Below, in pieces: positions 20,827 to 23,785 of a stretch of DNA of 23,785 nt. How positions within the stretch are numbered: the first letter of the stretch is position 1; every line of letters starts with the position of its first letter. This stretch comes from a virus (lineage: Duplodnaviria > Heunggongvirae > Uroviricota > Caudoviricetes), in the IMG/VR virus record IMGVR_UViG_2734482546_000011; one strand, given 5' to 3'. The notes under the pieces were generated by a model. That model made no database searches and had not been told where the DNA came from. It saw only the letters and a program-made list of their open reading frames with translations. Made by a program: the position numbers and the translations under genes.

Positions 20827-23785
20827 ATGGCAGTAAAGATTTCAGGTGTACTGAAAGACGGCACAGGAAAACCGGTACAGAACTGCACAATCCAGCTGAA
20901 AGCAAAACGTAACAGCACCACGGTGGTGGTGAACACGCTGGCCTCAGAAAATCCGGATGAAGCCGGGCGTTACAGCATGGACGTTGAGTACGGTCAGTAC
21001 AGCGTTATTCTGTTGGTGGAAGGATTCCCGCCGTCACATGCCGGGACCATCACCGTGTATGAAGATTCCCGACCCGGTACGCTGAATGATTTTCTCGGTG
21101 CCATGACGGAGGATGATGCCCGTCCGGAGGCTCTGCGCCGTTTTGAACTGATGGTGGAAGAGGTGGCGCGTAACGCGTCCGCGGTGGCACAGAACACGGC
21201 AGCCGCGAAGAAGTCAGCCAGTGATGCCGGCACATCTGCCCGTGAGGCGGCAACCCATGCGACTGATGCTGCAGGCTCAGCGCGTGCAGCCAGCACGTCA
21301 GCCGGACAGGCCGCGACTTCGGCTCAGGAGGCGTCTTCCAGCGCAGGAACGGCATCAACAAAGGCCACTGAAGCATCAAAAAGTGCTGCCGCTGCAGAGT
21401 CCTCAAAAAGCGCGGCGGCCACCAGTGCCGGTGCGGCGAAAACGTCAGAAACGAATGCTGCAGCGTCACAAAAATCAGCAGCCACTTCTGCATCCACTGC
21501 GACAACGAAAGCGTCAGAAGCCGCCACTTCAGCCAGAGATGCGGCGGCCTCCAAAGAGGCGGCAAAATCATCAGAAACGAACGCCTCCACAAGCGCCAGC
21601 AGTGCAGCCTCCTCGGCAACGGCGGCAGGAAATTCCGTGAAGGCGGCAAAAACGTCCGAGACGAATGCTAAGTCTTCTGAAACGGCAGCGGAACAGAGCG
21701 CCTCAGCTGCGGCAGACTCTGAGACAGCAGCTGCATCATCGGCCCGTGAGGCGTCCATTAAGGCAGAGGAGGCAGCAGTCAGTGCCACCGCCGCCGGAAA
21801 ATCGGCAGAAAGCGCCGCATCATCCGCTTCAACAGCCACAACGAAGGCTGGCGAAGCCACTGAACAGGCCAGCGCAGCAGCGAGGTCTGCTTCCGCAGCG
21901 AAGACATCCGAAACGAACGCGAAAGCGTCGGAAACCAGCGCAGAATCCTCAAAAACGGCTGCCGCATCGTCCGCCAGTTCGGCGGCGTCATCGGCATCAT
22001 CTGCGTCTGCTTCAAAAGATGAGGCGACCAGACAGGCGTCAGCAGCGAGGGGCAGCGCCACGACGGCATCCACGAAGGCGACAGAGGCTGCTGGCAGTGC
22101 GGCAGCGGCNNNNNNNNNNNNNNNNNNNNNNNNNNNNNNNNNNNNNNNNNNNNNNNNNNNNNNNNNNNNNNNNNNNNNNNNNNNNNNNNNNNNNNNNNNN
22201 NNNNNNNNNNNNNNNNNNNNNNNNNNNNNNNNNNNNNNNNNNNNNNNNNNNNNNNNNNNNNNNNNNNNNNNNNNNNNNNNNNNNNNNNNNNNNNNNNNNN
22301 NNNNNNNNNNNNNNNNNNNNNNNNNNNNNNNNNNNNNNNNNNNNNNNNNNNNNNNNNNNAGTTCAGCTCAGCAGTGCGACTAACAGCACTTCCGAGTCAC
22401 AGGCGGCAACGCCAAAAGCCGTTAAGGCCGCGTATGACCTGGCTAACGGGAAATACACCGCACAGGACGCTACGACAGCACAAAAAGGAATTGTCCAGCT
22501 CAGTAGTGCAACCAACAGCACATCTGAAACGCTTGCTGCGACACCGAAAGCAGTGAAAGCAGCTAATGACAATGCGAATGGTCGGGTACCTTCTGCCCGT
22601 AAGGTGAATGGTAAGGCGCTTTCAGCGGATATAACACTGACGCCGAAAGATATTGGTACGCTTAACTCAACAACAATGTCATTCAGCGGTGGTGCTGGTT
22701 GGTTCAAATTAGCAACGGTAACCATGCCACAGGCGAGTTCTGTTGTTTCAATTACGTTGATTGGTGGCGCTGGATTTAACGTGGGGTCACCTCAACAGGC
22801 AGGTATATCTGAACTTGTTTTACGTGCAGGTAATGGTAATCCGAAGGGGATTACTGGTGCTTTATGGCAGCGCACATTGACAGGGTTTACAAATTTTGCC
22901 TGGGTTAATACATCTGGTGATACTTACGATATTTACGTTGCAATCGGAAATTATGCGACTGGTGTAAATATTCAATGGGATTATACCAGTAATGCCAGCG
23001 TGACGATTCATACGTCACCAGCATATTCTGCTAATAAGCCGGAAGGGTTAACGGACGGTACAGTTTATTCACTCTATACGCCATCAGAGCAGTTTTATCC
23101 GCCTGGCGCACCAATCCCGTGGCCATCAGATACCGTTCCGTCTGGCTATGCCCTGATGCAGGGGCAGGCTTTTGACAAATCTGCATACCCGAAACTTGCA
23201 GCGGCTTATCCGTCAGGCGTGATCCCTGATATGCGTGGCTGGACGATTAAGGGCAAACCTGCCAGTGGTCGGGCCGTATTGTCTCAGGAACAGGACGGCA
23301 TTAAATCGCATACCCACAGCGCCAGCGCATCCAGTACGGATTTGGGGACGAAAACCACATCGTCGTTTGATTACGGCACTAAATCCACGAATAACACTGG
23401 TGCGCATACCCATAGTTTAAGTGGCAGCACGAATGCAGCTGGTAATCACAGCCATAGAGATGGCCGTCGATTTAACCCCAGTGTTTTTAAAGATACTTAT
23501 CAATATGGTTATACAAGCTCAGGTCAAAATACCTGGGGTGTACAAGGCTCAGTAGGTATGTCTACGGGGTGGTTAGCGAATACCAGTATAGATGGTAATC
23601 ATAGCCATTCACTGTCCGGCACAGCAGCATCTGCAGGTGCACACGCGCATACTGTCGGTATTGGTGCTCATACGCACTCCGTTGCGATTGGTTCACATGG
23701 ACACACCATCACCGTTAACGCTGCTGGTAACGCGGAAAACACCGTCAAAAACATCGCATTTAACTATATTGTGAGGCTTGCATAA
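20827..23785 (+). CDS. stf: Side tail fibre protein Stf, interrupted by an N run at 22110-22359; stop TAA at the window end
   Basis: N-terminus [37 protein letters not shown]... matches lambda Stf. Long Ala/Ser/Thr-rich shaft with recurring AAKTSETNA units. After the gap, in another frame, a duplicated [22 protein letters not shown] fibre motif and a C-terminal region with HxH repeats ending [11 protein letters not shown]. The expected tfa gene would lie beyond the window. Confidence 0.85.
22110..22359. other. Run of 250 N inside stf
   Basis: Literal n characters. Confidence 1.

Noticed and set aside
21050-22073. Several long ORFs (199, 249 and 139 aa) on both strands within the stf shaft region
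   Set aside because: The Ala/Ser-rich repetitive coding sequence (GCN-rich) leaves alternative frames open by chance; translations are Pro/Arg/Leu low complexity. The lambda-like Stf frame is the real one.
21665-22109. 5' portion of the track ORF 21665-23785 (706 aa)
   Set aside because: Upstream of the N run this frame is an out-of-frame read of the stf shaft repeats (Arg/Pro/Gln-rich nonsense); only the portion after 22360 is genuine Stf.
21150-22109. Repetitive DNA that could be mistaken for a CRISPR array or tandem repeat
   Set aside because: Repeats are imperfect, of variable spacing, and in-frame within a coding sequence (AAKTSETNA-type protein repeats); no conserved direct repeat and spacer structure.

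Overview
This window is the cos site plus the complete late (head and tail) morphogenesis operon of a lambda-like siphovirus, almost certainly an integrated or circularised lambdoid prophage, since cos is internal to contiguous sequence. Reading left to right: a small AT-rich two-gene cassette on the minus strand (1-702), cosQ/cosN/cosB (about 860-1080), then on the plus strand nu1, A, W, B, C/nu3, D, E, FI, FII, Z, U, V, G and G-T, H, M, L, K, I, J, a terminator, lom, a second terminator, and stf ending exactly at the window end. Protein sequences match my memory of phage lambda very closely, so the gene calls are high confidence. Three N runs (18130-18369, 20424-20745, 22110-22359) interrupt J, lom and stf, and the reading frame does not line up across any of them, so those three genes cannot be confirmed intact. 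I do not see a clearly novel multi-gene system in the readable sequence. The parts worth a second look are the AT-rich cassette left of cos, a cosN 12-mer that differs from the canonical lambda cohesive end, the divergent J C-terminus, the mosaic stf distal region, and the K start codon. All homology statements come from recall, not from a database search.
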